From Phycisphaerae bacterium (lineage in GTDB: Bacteria > Planctomycetota > Phycisphaerae > SM23-33): a stretch of DNA of 64,000 nucleotides. Every line of letters begins with the position of its first letter. Positions within the stretch are counted from its first letter, which is position 1. The stretch is from contig WRDM01000002.1 of the NCBI GenBank assembly GCA_009783465.1, forward strand, positions 42,097-106,096, written 5' to 3'. A model generated the notes under the pieces. It saw nothing but the letters and a program-made list of their open reading frames with translations, made no database searches and was not told the DNA's origin. Below, piece after piece: positions 45,169 through 54,716 of the stretch. A program made the position numbers and the translations under genes.

Positions 45169-46846
45169 CGATAGTGCGTTCATGGCCGCCGCGTTGGCGT
45201 GTGCGGCCTTGGGTCGCGGGCACGTCGAACCGAACCCGATGGTCGGCGCGGTGTTGGTACGCGACGGGCGGGAGATCTCCCGCGGGTTTCATCGGCGATT
45301 CGGCGGGCATCACGCGGAGGTGGAGGCCGTGCTCGCCGCCCGCGCCGCCGGGACCGACCTGCGCGGCGCGACGCTCTATGTCACGCTCGAGCCGTGCTGC
45401 CACACCAACAAAAAAACACCCCCCTGCGCGCCGATGCTCGCGGGGCTGGGCCTGCGACGCGTCGTCGTCGCGATGGAGGATCCCGACCCCAACGTGCGAG
45501 GCCGCGGATTGGCCATGCTTCGCGACGCGGGCGTGGCGATAACAACCGGCGTGTGCGAAGCGGCCGCGAAAACTCTGTTGCGTGCGTACGTCAAACTGCG
45601 AACGCAGGGCAGGCCGTGGGTGATCTGTAAATGGGCGCAGACCGCCGACGGCTATCTCGCGCTGCCGCCGTCGGCGGGGCGATGGATCAGCGGCGAGGCG
45701 TCGCGGCGGGACGTCCACCGCCTGCGGGGCCTGTGCGACGCGATCCTCGTCGGCGTGGGCACGGTGCTCGCCGACGACCCCCTGCTCAACAACCGCTCCG
45801 GCGAAGGCAAACAGCCAACCCGCATCGTGCTGGACACCCATCTCCGCACGCCGCCAACCAGCCGACTCGTCCAGACCGCCCGCGAGTTCCCGCTGATGAT
45901 CGTCACACAAGCACACAACGCGGGCGAGACGCCCGCGCCACGTAGCACGGGCGTCCCGCCCGTGAGTCGCATGGGCGTCTCGCCCATGCAACCGCAGCCG
46001 ATCAGCGAAACGTTCCTGATGCAAGCCGACGCGCTCCGCAACGCCGGCGTGGAACTCCTCGAACTGTCCACCGACGACAGCTTCGGTGGCAAAATCCACC
46101 TCCCCGCCCTGCTGGACGAACTGGGCCGGCGACGCATGACGTACCTGCTCGTCGAAGGCGGACACCGCGTGCTGCAACGTTTCCTCCACGCCGGCCTGGC
46201 GGACGAAATGCGAACGTACACCTCGCCACGAACCCTCCGCGACGAGTTCCTGTCCGAAGCCCTCGCCACGCTGCCGCACATGGACACACGGGAATTTCCG
46301 TCGCCAGGCATGGACTTGGAAGTCAGCCAGCCGCTCGGCGAGGATACGCTGCGCGGCTACGCGCGGGCAGCCGCGACCGTCCGTTCAGGCGAGGACAAGC
46401 GAAAACATGGCGAAGATGACGGCGGCGTTACTCGTCTGACAGGCAACGAATTAGGCGATGGCCTGGTGTTCGACCGGCTTTTGGAGGAAGCACGGAAGTA
46501 CGCCAGAACGAATTTTTTCGACAAAAAAGTGGCCATCGAGTCCGAAGGCGTTGAGGTTCTGGTTGCGATGAGTGGGATCAAACACACGCTGACAGCCGCT
46601 AAAACGAATGAGGATATCTATGCGGTTATCGCATTGCCTCAACTTCTACAGCGTGCCGTCAAGACAGGAGAATCGCCCGACAAACGCAACCGGAATAACG
46701 TCGTTGCCGTTGAGCGATATCGGGCTCCGCTCCGCATTGGCGACAATACGTACATGGCCGAGATGATTGTGAGAGTGGAGAAAAAAAGCACGAGAATGCT
46801 GGGCCATCTTCGCGTGTTCCACCACCAAGAACTGAAGGGCCTGTAG
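45140..46846 (+). CDS. ribD: riboflavin biosynthesis deaminase/reductase RibD with in-frame palindromic element and a ~150-aa low-GC C-terminal extension
   Basis: CMP/dCMP deaminase zinc motif (HAEVEA...PCCH...C) and RibD_C reductase domain; QAHNAGETPAPRSTGVPPVSRMGVSPMQPQP insert (45914-45988); residues after ~420 (nt ~46400-46846) have markedly lower GC and no RibD homology. Confidence 0.75.
   Translation: MTDVQATGDSDSAFMAAALACAALGRGHVEPNPMVGAVLVRDGREISRGFHRRFGGHHAEVEAVLAARAAGTDLRGATLYVTLEPCCHTNKKTPPCAPMLAGLGLRRVVVAMEDPDPNVRGRGLAMLRDAGVAITTGVCEAAAKTLLRAYVKLRTQGRPWVICKWAQTADGYLALPPSAGRWISGEASRRDVHRLRGLCDAILVGVGTVLADDPLLNNRSGEGKQPTRIVLDTHLRTPPTSRLVQTAREFPLMIVTQAHNAGETPAPRSTGVPPVSRMGVSPMQPQPISETFLMQADALRNAGVELLELSTDDSFGGKIHLPALLDELGRRRMTYLLVEGGHRVLQRFLHAGLADEMRTYTSPRTLRDEFLSEALATLPHMDTREFPSPGMDLEVSQPLGEDTLRGYARAAATVRSGEDKRKHGEDDGGVTRLTGNELGDGLVFDRLLEEARKYARTNFFDKKVAIESEGVEVLVAMSGIKHTLTAAKTNEDIYAVIALPQLLQRAVKTGESPDKRNRNNVVAVERYRAPLRIGDNTYMAEMIVRVEKKSTRMLGHLRVFHHQELKGL
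45914..45988 (-). repeat. in-frame palindromic element (IPE family, three hairpin units) inside ribD
   Basis: cacaacgcgggcgagacgcccgcgccacgtagcacgggcgtcccgcccgtgagtcgcatgggcgtctcgcccatgc; left end is exact reverse complement of the IPE terminal repeat. Confidence 0.8.
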
Positions 46847-47033
46847 ATCGTCGACCCACAAGCCCTTCCCGAAGCCGGGCACGCATATACGGTAGACATG
46901 AGCAGCCGCTCAAGCTATCCCGAGTCATTGCCCGGCTTCATAAACATTATCGGCTTCTACTCGGAAAAAATCAAGCCCGCACGGTCGTTTTCTTCCGCCG
47001 GGACGTTAGACTTTATAGATCGGGAAACCACCT

Positions 47034-48575
47034 ATGACAAACCGAGTGACGTTTTTCGTGGCGTTGGGGGCGGGCTGGTTGGTGTGTGTCGCGTTTTTCG
47101 TCGCGCGGGCGGAAACGCCGCCGGTCGCCGCGACAACTTCTACGCCGACCTCCGCACCGACGTCGCTGCCCTCGGCGGAAGCGGCGCGTATTGCGGAGTG
47201 GGTGGTGCAGTTGGGCGACGGCCGGGCCACCCGGCGGGAGCAGGCGTCGAAAGCGTTGGCCGACATCGGCCTGCCGGCGCTGCCGGCCCTTCGCGTCGCC
47301 ACCACCCACCGAGACCCCGAAGTCGCCGCCCGCGCCTCCCTCCTGATCACCTCCATCCGCGCCGCCGCCATCGACGACTGCCTGCTCTGGAAAACCGAAC
47401 TCCCCGTCAGCGTCTGGGGACACCGGGACACCCTCATCAACGACGAGCTGCTCTTCCTCCCAGGCCGTAACCAAACCGTCTTCGCCGTCAAACGAACCGA
47501 CGGCAGCGTCGTGTGGGAATACCAAGCCGACCACATGAACTCCCCGCGCCTGGAACTAGCCGGCAACACGCTGATCTGTAGTTCCTCGTCAGGGTTCTGT
47601 CCCATCACGGCCCTGGACGCGGCCACGGGAAAGGAACGTTGGCAGACCGAAGACCGTTACTTTCCCTACGACGCGGGGACGACGCATCTCCTCGTCGGGC
47701 AGGGCGACAATCTTCAGACGCTCATCGGCCTGTCGCTGGAGGACGGCACGGTCGCGTGGCGGCTGGATGTACCGGAGTTGTTCGGCAGCCAGTACGGCGG
47801 AATGCACAGCAGCGTGCTCACGAAGGACGCGTATCGGTTGACTTCCTATCACGGGGAGAACGCGAAGTCGGTCTCGTGGGGCATGGCGGCGGTCGACCCG
47901 GCCACCGGCGAAAAACAGTGGCTGCTGACCGGTCCGGCCGGCCCGAACTACGTCCGCGGCGGAGTCGGCGACTATCTGTACACCTTCACGCCGGACCCGA
48001 ACACGCAAACGCCAGCCGCCACGGTATACAGCCTGAAAACCGGAAAAAAACTGGAGAAAGGCCCGTACACGGTTGACGTCAAGGCCCTCACCGGCCACGG
48101 CGTTCTTGTCACGGACAAGATTCTGCTGAGCACCGCGTACGCCGGACTGGTCGCGTACGATCTCGCCAGCGGCAAGGAACTGTGGCGGTACGCGCCGTAC
48201 GGTGATCTCGACTTTTCCGTCAAACTCGACGGTCGAAAAATGCCTGTCGAGGACATCAAACGGACGCGGGCGCAACTGCGGGCATCGCACAGCTACGCCG
48301 TCATCACCAACATCACGGTGTGCGACGGCGAGGTGATTTTTCCCGTCGGTGACGGCCTGCTGGCGCTGGATCTCGCCACGGGCAAGCCGCTGTGGAAATA
48401 CCCGGCTGAGGAGTTCGTCGGCGGCGCGATGGTCGTGCGGGACGGCGTCGCCTACTTCAAAGCCGGCGGCGGCCAACTCGGAAACTTCCGTGGCGAGACC
48501 ATCATCCAAGGCGCCGAAAAAACCCACCTCTACGCCCTGGACCTGGCCAAGGCGAGGCAACTGGGCATGCCCTGA
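47034..48575 (+). CDS. secreted PQQ-like beta-propeller repeat protein with N-terminal HEAT-like segment
   Basis: Signal/TM (VTFFVALGAGWLVCVAFFVARA); repeated GxxxW(R/K)(Y/L) propeller blades (GTVAWRL, GEKQWLL, GKELWRY, GKPLWKY). Confidence 0.5.
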   Translation: MTNRVTFFVALGAGWLVCVAFFVARAETPPVAATTSTPTSAPTSLPSAEAARIAEWVVQLGDGRATRREQASKALADIGLPALPALRVATTHRDPEVAARASLLITSIRAAAIDDCLLWKTELPVSVWGHRDTLINDELLFLPGRNQTVFAVKRTDGSVVWEYQADHMNSPRLELAGNTLICSSSSGFCPITALDAATGKERWQTEDRYFPYDAGTTHLLVGQGDNLQTLIGLSLEDGTVAWRLDVPELFGSQYGGMHSSVLTKDAYRLTSYHGENAKSVSWGMAAVDPATGEKQWLLTGPAGPNYVRGGVGDYLYTFTPDPNTQTPAATVYSLKTGKKLEKGPYTVDVKALTGHGVLVTDKILLSTAYAGLVAYDLASGKELWRYAPYGDLDFSVKLDGRKMPVEDIKRTRAQLRASHSYAVITNITVCDGEVIFPVGDGLLALDLATGKPLWKYPAEEFVGGAMVVRDGVAYFKAGGGQLGNFRGETIIQGAEKTHLYALDLAKARQLGMP

Positions 48576-48690
48576 ACAGGGAAACGCATGTGCGTCATCC
48601 GGTTTTTCGTGTGACCTTATATTCAGGCGCCTGAATAGGAATCCTGTGCAATCAGAAGAAGTGTACATGCATTTGCCCTGTGAATTCCGC
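48575..48690. repeat. solo outer inverted repeat of BPAL composite element (cagggaaacgcatgtgcgt...gtacatgcatttgccctg) with minimal ttcaggcgcctgaata core
   Basis: Same outer IR as around 14093-14312, 34621-34860 and 61993-62212. Confidence 0.6.
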
Positions 48691-48751
48691 GTATCCCTCT
48701 CCGCGCCCTCTGTGTCTTGTGATAAGATAGTTTTCCCGAAAGGAGCGGCGA

Positions 48752-49768
48752 ATGCGTAACGGTAAACCCCTGCGGTTTGCGGTGATTGGGTGCGGCGTGG
48801 TGAGTGAGTATGGACACTTGCCGACGATATCGGCCCTGGCGGGCAAGGCCGAACTGGTGGCCGTGGCGGATGTGGACGAGACGGCCCTGGGCAAGGCGAA
48901 GGCGGTGTATCCGCATGCGAAGGCGTGCACGGATTATCGCCAGGCGCTTCGCGAAAACGTGGATGTCGTCACCGTCGCGACGCGGACCGACACACACGTG
49001 GAGATCGCGTTGGCGGCCTTCGACGTCGGGGCGCACGTCATGCTCGAAAAACCGCCCGCCACCACGCTCGCCGACGCCCAGCGGCTGCTGGACGCCCAAC
49101 GCCAGCACGCCGGCAGAATCTGCGCCGTGAATTTCATCCTGCGATATCACACGGGCAACCGGCAGATCAAGCAGTGGATCGACGCCGGCGAGATCGGCCG
49201 CGTCAGGGCCATCCATATCGTCGACGCCTGGTTCGGCGCCGACCACCGGGGCCGATTCGTCGATCGCGCCGCCCGAATCCTCAAGGACGACGGCAGCGTC
49301 ATCGTCGCCGAGGGCATCCACCAGGCCGACCTGATCCGCTGGCTGGGCGGCAGCGACTTCGGCGCCATCCACTGCCTCGGCACCTGCGTCCATCACGGCC
49401 CGCACCAGGATTACCAGGTGCTCACCAGCCTCCTCCGCAACGGCGTCGTCGCCAGCCTCGAAAGCAGTTGGGCCTACGCGGTCAAGTCCAAGGACGGCGC
49501 GCTGGACCGCCAGGTCGACGTCATCGGCGAAGAGGGCGCCATCAAGTGGAACGAGTCCCTCGGCAAAATCACCCTGCTGGGCCGCGACAAAACCGTCGAA
49601 ACCCAGGCCGCCGACGATAAACATTTCCACGACATCTACGAGGATCTCCTCGCGTCCATCCACGCCGGCAACCCCGTCGCCAACCTGCCCACGCTCGAAG
49701 ACAGCGTCCACGCCATGGCCGCCGTCACCCGAGCCCACCAGGCGGCCTACGGCGACGGCGTGGCGTGA
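48752..49768 (+). CDS. Gfo/Idh/MocA family NAD(P)-dependent oxidoreductase
   Basis: LRFAVIGCGVVSEYGHLP Rossmann start, EKP motif (VMLEKPPATT), family-typical length. Confidence 0.75.
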   Translation: MRNGKPLRFAVIGCGVVSEYGHLPTISALAGKAELVAVADVDETALGKAKAVYPHAKACTDYRQALRENVDVVTVATRTDTHVEIALAAFDVGAHVMLEKPPATTLADAQRLLDAQRQHAGRICAVNFILRYHTGNRQIKQWIDAGEIGRVRAIHIVDAWFGADHRGRFVDRAARILKDDGSVIVAEGIHQADLIRWLGGSDFGAIHCLGTCVHHGPHQDYQVLTSLLRNGVVASLESSWAYAVKSKDGALDRQVDVIGEEGAIKWNESLGKITLLGRDKTVETQAADDKHFHDIYEDLLASIHAGNPVANLPTLEDSVHAMAAVTRAHQAAYGDGVA

Positions 49769-49804
49769 CGGACTATCGCTTCATAACGGCCCTTTTTCTC
49801 AAAA

Positions 49805-49935
49805 AGTGACAAGCGACAAGTGACAAGCGACTAGAGAAGGAATCTCTGGTCTTTCAAAGCGTTTGTTCCGTATAAAAACACCTGAAAACCAAGCCGATTC
49901 CTTCTCTTGTCACTTGTCGCTTGTCGCTTGTCACT
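49805..49935. repeat. 'gacaagcgac' palindromic repeat
   Basis: agtgacaagcgacaagtgacaagcgactagagaagg...ccttctcttgtcacttgtcgcttgtcgcttgtcact. Confidence 0.75.
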
Positions 49936-49955
49936 GGCCGCCGTACACTACGCCC

Positions 49956-51098
49956 ATGAACACAACCTTCGACTTCAACCCGCGTGACAGCCGGTTTGCC
50001 GATTCCGCCCGACGCCTTCGCAACGCGTTCGACCGCGTGAGCGGCGCCGCCGTTCCCGTGGTCGAGCCGGGCGGGTATGCGCGAAAATTTTCCACCAAGC
50101 AGCGGCTGGAGGATTTCGAAAAGATGGCCGTCGACGCGGTCGGCTGGGCCAACGCCCAGGCCGCCAACGGCAGTGACTGGCTGCCGTTCCTCGACACCTT
50201 CGTCGACGTCGTGATGATCGCCGAGGCGTTCGGCTGCGAGGTCGTCTACACCGAAGGCGCCGACCCGTGGTGCACCGCCGCCCTGCCGGACATCTCCGGC
50301 GTATGGAATCTCAAGCCCGCCCCGCTGGGCACGAGCTACATGGTCCGCCGGCTCAACGAATGGGTGGACTACGCCCAGCGCCATCTCGGCACCGACGTGC
50401 CCCTCTGGACCGTCGACGTCCAAAGCCCCTTCTCCGTGGCCGCCCACATCGTCGAACCCACCGAGTTGATGATGGCCTGCGTCACCGACCCCAAGGCCGT
50501 CCACCACCTCGTCAACATGGTGGCGGAATATTCCATCCAGCAGATGCAGCAGCACATCCAACAGATGGAGCATCCGAATTTCCCAGGGCGAAATTACCCG
50601 AGCATCAGCGACAACATCGGCATCTGCATCGCCGACGACACGCCGCTGATCATGCTCAGCCCGGAGATGTATCGCGAATTCGCGCTGCCGTACAACAGCA
50701 TGGTCAGCCGGGCACTGGGCGGCTGCCACATCCACTCCTGCGGCAACTACAGCCACAACATGGACAACCTGCTGCGGATCGACGGCGTGCGGTCGGTGCA
50801 GTTCCACGCCGGCGAAGGCGAGTACCCGCTGCCGCGAAACGCCACCGACGACGCAGCCGTCAACCGCGCCCGCCGCAACATGACCTGCCTCGTCGACGTC
50901 AACGACATCAGCCGCGGCGACGCCTGGCGAGGCCGGGCGAGAGAACACTACACCCACTACGTCCTGGACCGCCTCTTCACCGGCGACACCACAGGCCACA
51001 TCTTCCAACCCCCCGGCGGCGGCAACGTCCCCGCCTGCCAGGAAGCCGTCGCCTGGACGCGGCAGGAACTCGCAAAACGCGGAGCGAAAGTGGAGTAG
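49956..51098 (+). CDS. uroporphyrinogen decarboxylase (URO-D)/MtaA-like family protein
   Basis: ORF trimmed to MNTTFDFNPRDSRF; URO-D fold signatures; function uncertain. Confidence 0.45.
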   Translation: MNTTFDFNPRDSRFADSARRLRNAFDRVSGAAVPVVEPGGYARKFSTKQRLEDFEKMAVDAVGWANAQAANGSDWLPFLDTFVDVVMIAEAFGCEVVYTEGADPWCTAALPDISGVWNLKPAPLGTSYMVRRLNEWVDYAQRHLGTDVPLWTVDVQSPFSVAAHIVEPTELMMACVTDPKAVHHLVNMVAEYSIQQMQQHIQQMEHPNFPGRNYPSISDNIGICIADDTPLIMLSPEMYREFALPYNSMVSRALGGCHIHSCGNYSHNMDNLLRIDGVRSVQFHAGEGEYPLPRNATDDAAVNRARRNMTCLVDVNDISRGDAWRGRAREHYTHYVLDRLFTGDTTGHIFQPPGGGNVPACQEAVAWTRQELAKRGAKVE

Positions 51099-51698
51099 AA
51101 AACCGTTTCACGCTGGCTCGCCTTTTTACGGTGTAGGACATTGGAGACAATCGATCGGCCTCCCCGGTCTCGCGATGGAGTGCCGGTACAACGCCGTAAA
51201 CCACACACGCATAACGCCACAGTCTGGGCTTTCGTCATTGATTCGGAATTCGGGCTTCGTCATTCGGGTTTTAGACTCCACCGACAAACGTGACGTACCC
51301 CCTGAGGACGTGACCGTTCGATTTTCTTCCTTGCTAGGCCGCTTGTTGAGATGGATAATAAACCCATTGAGCATTCGTTTCGAAGGCCACCAACAGGAGA
51401 CGACAACGCGAGTATAATGTAGTGACATAACATCACGCCGACAACATCGGCGTCACGACTCGGGCATTTTACCTGTGAGTCTGTTCGGAGATTTTCGGAC
51501 AGGCTCGGAAACCGCCAAATTTCATTGTCAAAAGATGACCGAGAACCGGGACGCGCTCCCCTAGGGGGCGTGGCTCGTTCTCGCGTTTTTGACGGGCCTT
51601 GGCGGGCCTCAGGTAAGCGCGTGGCGGGCGGCCCCCGATTTTTTTCCCTCCTCCCTCCCTACACGCAACACATTTTGTGAACGGATTGGATACGACTT

Positions 51699-51740
51699 TG
51701 CCCGAGTCCGGCACCGTGCCGGATTCGGGCTTTTTTATTT
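51699..51740 (+). terminator. rho-independent terminator-like hairpin (GCCCGAGUCCGGCAC-CGU-GCCGGAUUCGGGC + UUUUUUAUUUU) immediately upstream of ORF 51779
   Basis: 15-bp stem with one G.U pair, 3-nt loop, 6-U tract; ends a 600-nt ORF-free low-GC stretch. Confidence 0.55.
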
Positions 51741-51778
51741 TCGTTTTGATTTTCCCCAACAAAAAATCGAGGTAATCC

Positions 51779-52399
51779 ATGGAAACCGTCAACGTTACGG
51801 ACGTTCCCAAACGGCGGGCGACACCAGCCGCGTTTTCCGTTGCCGTCGAAGCCTGTCTCTGCGGCGTCTTCATATTGTCCATGGTGGTTGGCATGGTTCG
51901 GTTCGTGAACCCGCCGCTCACCGGGGTATGGAGCGGCGAAGTGGAACGCGGCGATTCTGGAAACACCTCCCAATACAAATTGCTCTTGAATCATGATGGG
52001 ACATTCGAACTTCTTAACGCGACGGAGTTGCTCCTGGTCAGCCGAGGCCGATACGACATGGCCAAAGAAACCCAAGGCATACAGCACATTCGGCTTCTCG
52101 TGAAGGACTATGAGATCACGCATGCCATACCGACGAAATGCGCTCTCATCGATCGAAAACTGATCGTGTATACGGAAATGGTCGCCCGCGTTGAGTCGGA
52201 GTCGCCAGCGGTCGTCCACTACCACGAGGAATCGGTTTACCGCAAAGACATGGATTCGGCATCGTATTTTTGCATCGCTTCTCTCTGCTGCTCCTTCCTG
52301 GGATTGGTGGCATGGCGCGTGAGAAAAAAGCGCATAACTGACAAACAGAACGCCGCAAGGAAACATGAAGAGAAGAACGTTATTGTTACTCCCGTTTGA
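51779..52399 (+). CDS. hypothetical two-TM membrane protein in low-GC island
   Basis: 206 aa; TM1 (AFSVAVEACLCGVFILSMVVGMV) and TM2 (YFCIASLCCSFLGLVAW) flank a ~130-aa domain; GAGG RBS; region ~52% GC vs ~68% background. Confidence 0.35.
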   Translation: METVNVTDVPKRRATPAAFSVAVEACLCGVFILSMVVGMVRFVNPPLTGVWSGEVERGDSGNTSQYKLLLNHDGTFELLNATELLLVSRGRYDMAKETQGIQHIRLLVKDYEITHAIPTKCALIDRKLIVYTEMVARVESESPAVVHYHEESVYRKDMDSASYFCIASLCCSFLGLVAWRVRKKRITDKQNAARKHEEKNVIVTPV

Positions 52400-53711
52400 T
52401 CACCTCAACGTCCGCGCCGAAGCTGTTCAGCGCCGCCAGTCGATTCGTGGGCATGGTCGCGTCGATGACGGCGGTGCTTTCCTCGTAGGTTTGCCGCTCG
52501 ACCTGCGCGTGTTGGGCGATGTATTGCATCAGTTTCCCGTTGCGGCAGTTGGCGCGCAGGGTCACGCGGACCGTGCCGCCGCCGCTGCGTTGGAGGACCG
52601 TCGACAGCAGGGCGTCGGCGCCCGCGCCGGTGGCGGCGGAGAGGAACATCGCGCCCGGATACTTCTGCCGCAAAATCGTGTACGTCGTGGGGTCGACGAT
52701 GCGGTCGGTTTTATTCAGCACCAGCAGCACGTTGGCGCGGTTGATCTTCAGTTCATCCAGCACGGACTCGACGGCTTCGATCTGCATGTCCACGCGTTCG
52801 TGCGACGCGTCGGCGACGTGCAGCAGCAAATCACCGTGGACGGCCTCCTCGAGCGTGGCGCGGAAACTGGCCACCAGATGGTGCGGCAGGTCGCGGATGA
52901 AGCCCACCGTGTCCGAGAGCAGCACGCTCTGGCCTTCGCCGACGTTCCACCGCCGCGTCTTCGTGTCCAGCGTGGCGAAGAGTTTGTCGGCCGCGTACGT
53001 CTGGGCGCCCGTCAGCAGATTCATCAGCGTGCTCTTGCCCGCGTTGGTGTAGCCGACGAGGCAGACGCCGAAGGTGTCCTTGCGGCTTTTGACGGTCCGC
53101 ACTTTCCGCTGCTGGATTTCGCGGAGTTCCCGCTTGAGCGCGCTAACGCGTTTCTGGACGAGTCGGCGGTCGATTTCGAGCTGCTTTTCGCCGGGCCCGC
53201 GCGTGCCGATGCCGCCGACCGACCCCGCGCCGGTGGATCCGCCTCCGGCGAGGCGTTCGAGGTGCGTCCACATTCGCCGCAGCCGGGGGTAGGTATATTC
53301 GAGCTGGGCCAGTTCGACCTGGAGGCGGGACTCGCTGGTGCGGGCATGGGCGGCGAAGATGTCGAGAATCAGCTCGCTGCGGTCGATGACTTTTCGCTTG
53401 GTGATTTCCTCAAGGTCGCGGATTTGGTTCGGCGACAGATCGTTGTCGAAGATGATCGTGTCGACGTCGTTCTGGTCGCAGCGCAGGGCGATTTCCTGGG
53501 CCTTGCCCGTGCCGATGTACAGCGCAGGGCTGACGTCCTGCCGTTTGGCGACCATTTCATCGACGACGACGGCCTTGACCGTCTTGGCCAGACTCCGCAG
53601 TTCGTCGAGCGGGTCGTTGGGGTTGGCCTTGCTTTTGGGCAGCATCACGCCCACCAGCAGCACGCGCTCGTGCTGGACCGTTTCATTGTCACTTCGTAGG
53701 GTTTCTTCCAT
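52386..53711 (-). CDS. hflX: GTPase HflX
   Basis: HflX N-terminal domain plus G-domain (GYTNAGKSTLMN P-loop, DTVGF switch, NKTD). Confidence 0.85.
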   Translation of the reverse strand: MEETLRSDNETVQHERVLLVGVMLPKSKANPNDPLDELRSLAKTVKAVVVDEMVAKRQDVSPALYIGTGKAQEIALRCDQNDVDTIIFDNDLSPNQIRDLEEITKRKVIDRSELILDIFAAHARTSESRLQVELAQLEYTYPRLRRMWTHLERLAGGGSTGAGSVGGIGTRGPGEKQLEIDRRLVQKRVSALKRELREIQQRKVRTVKSRKDTFGVCLVGYTNAGKSTLMNLLTGAQTYAADKLFATLDTKTRRWNVGEGQSVLLSDTVGFIRDLPHHLVASFRATLEEAVHGDLLLHVADASHERVDMQIEAVESVLDELKINRANVLLVLNKTDRIVDPTTYTILRQKYPGAMFLSAATGAGADALLSTVLQRSGGGTVRVTLRANCRNGKLMQYIAQHAQVERQTYEESTAVIDATMPTNRLAALNSFGADVEVIKRE

Positions 53712-53713
53712 TC

Positions 53714-54442
53714 CTATCCTTTATCCACATACCGCTGCAACGACAGCTTCAAGTTCCCGCGTGCCCGGCTAAGGAGGCTTTTGACGGCCATGGTGGTGCA
53801 GTCGAGGATGTCGGCGATTTCTTCGTAGCTCTTTTGTTCGTATTTATTGAGGATGATGGCGACTTTCTGGTTTTCGGGCAGTTGGTCGATGGCCGCGGAG
53901 ACGTGCTCTCGCAGTTCGGCGGCATCCAGTTGGATGTACGGGGGTTCGTGATGCGTGTCGGGGATTTCCTGGGAGAAATCTTCGCCGTCGTTTCCCTCGG
54001 CCTTGATCTGGCGGATCTGCCCTTTTTTTCGCGACCGCAGCACGTTGAAGCACAGATTGGCCGTGATGCGATACAGCCAGGTGCTGAACTTGGCGGTCGG
54101 CTGATATCGGCCGACGGTGCGGTAGATTCGCAGGAAGACCTCCTGCGTGAGGTCCTCGACCTGCCCGGCGTCGCCGAGGAACCGGAAGACCAGCGCGTGC
54201 ACCTTGGCGGTGTTCCGCTCGACGAGTTCCTCGAACGCGTTGGGGTCGCCGGCGCGGAACCGCAGCATGATCTGCACGTCTTCATCCTGCTGCGCCCAGG
54301 GGGCGAGCTTGATGCGGCTGTCCTTGTTATGCCACGGTTCAGAAATAACATCTCCTCCGCGTTCAGGCCACCGGTGCAGTATAGCGAAAATCCCCGTGCC
54401 GGAGGTAGGGTTTTTCCATTCTCGCGGCACGGAGGGATGCAC
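53714..54442 (-). CDS. ECF-type RNA polymerase sigma-70 family factor
   Basis: Region 2 (FEELVERNTAKVHALVFRFLGDAGQVEDLTQEVFLRIYR) and region 4 HTH (SYEEIADILDCTTMAVKSLLSRAR). Confidence 0.7.
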   Translation of the reverse strand: MHPSVPREWKNPTSGTGIFAILHRWPERGGDVISEPWHNKDSRIKLAPWAQQDEDVQIMLRFRAGDPNAFEELVERNTAKVHALVFRFLGDAGQVEDLTQEVFLRIYRTVGRYQPTAKFSTWLYRITANLCFNVLRSRKKGQIRQIKAEGNDGEDFSQEIPDTHHEPPYIQLDAAELREHVSAAIDQLPENQKVAIILNKYEQKSYEEIADILDCTTMAVKSLLSRARGNLKLSLQRYVDKG

Positions 54443-54480
54443 ATCCTGTTTGTGGGTGGAAAATCGTGGCGGAAATCCAA

Positions 54481-54620
54481 ATGACGAAGCCCGAATGTCG
54501 AATCAATGACCAAAACCCAATGACGAATGGTTTTTCGTCTGCCTTATCGTGCGGCGGGCAAGTCAATCGCCATTGGGGCTTCGTCATTGTTTCGGAATTC
54601 GGGTTTCGTCATTCGGGCTT
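54481..54620. repeat. inverted repeat of 'ttcgtcattcggg' elements in divergent sigma-factor/M16 promoter region
   Basis: atgacgaagcccgaatgtcgaatcaatgaccaaaacccaatgacgaatgg ... gggcttcgtcattgtttcggaattcgggtttcgtcattcgggctt; single-arm copy at 51229-51270. Confidence 0.7.
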
Positions 54621-54716
54621 GGCGATGGTTCCGCCCACAAACGTGATGCGTACTCTCACGTCCTCACGTCACGAGAATCGAAAGACCCTGTTGCACATCC
54701 GTCCCCGCCGCATACA

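Noticed and set aside
51100-51780. Known structured RNAs (tmRNA, RNase P, SRP RNA) in the 680-nt ORF-free low-GC stretch
   Set aside because: I could not find the conserved cores (RNase P GNAAAGUCCGG P4 region, SRP domain IV GGAAGGAAGCAGC, tmRNA tag ORF/3' CCA context) by eye. It is left as an unassigned leader/sRNA candidate.
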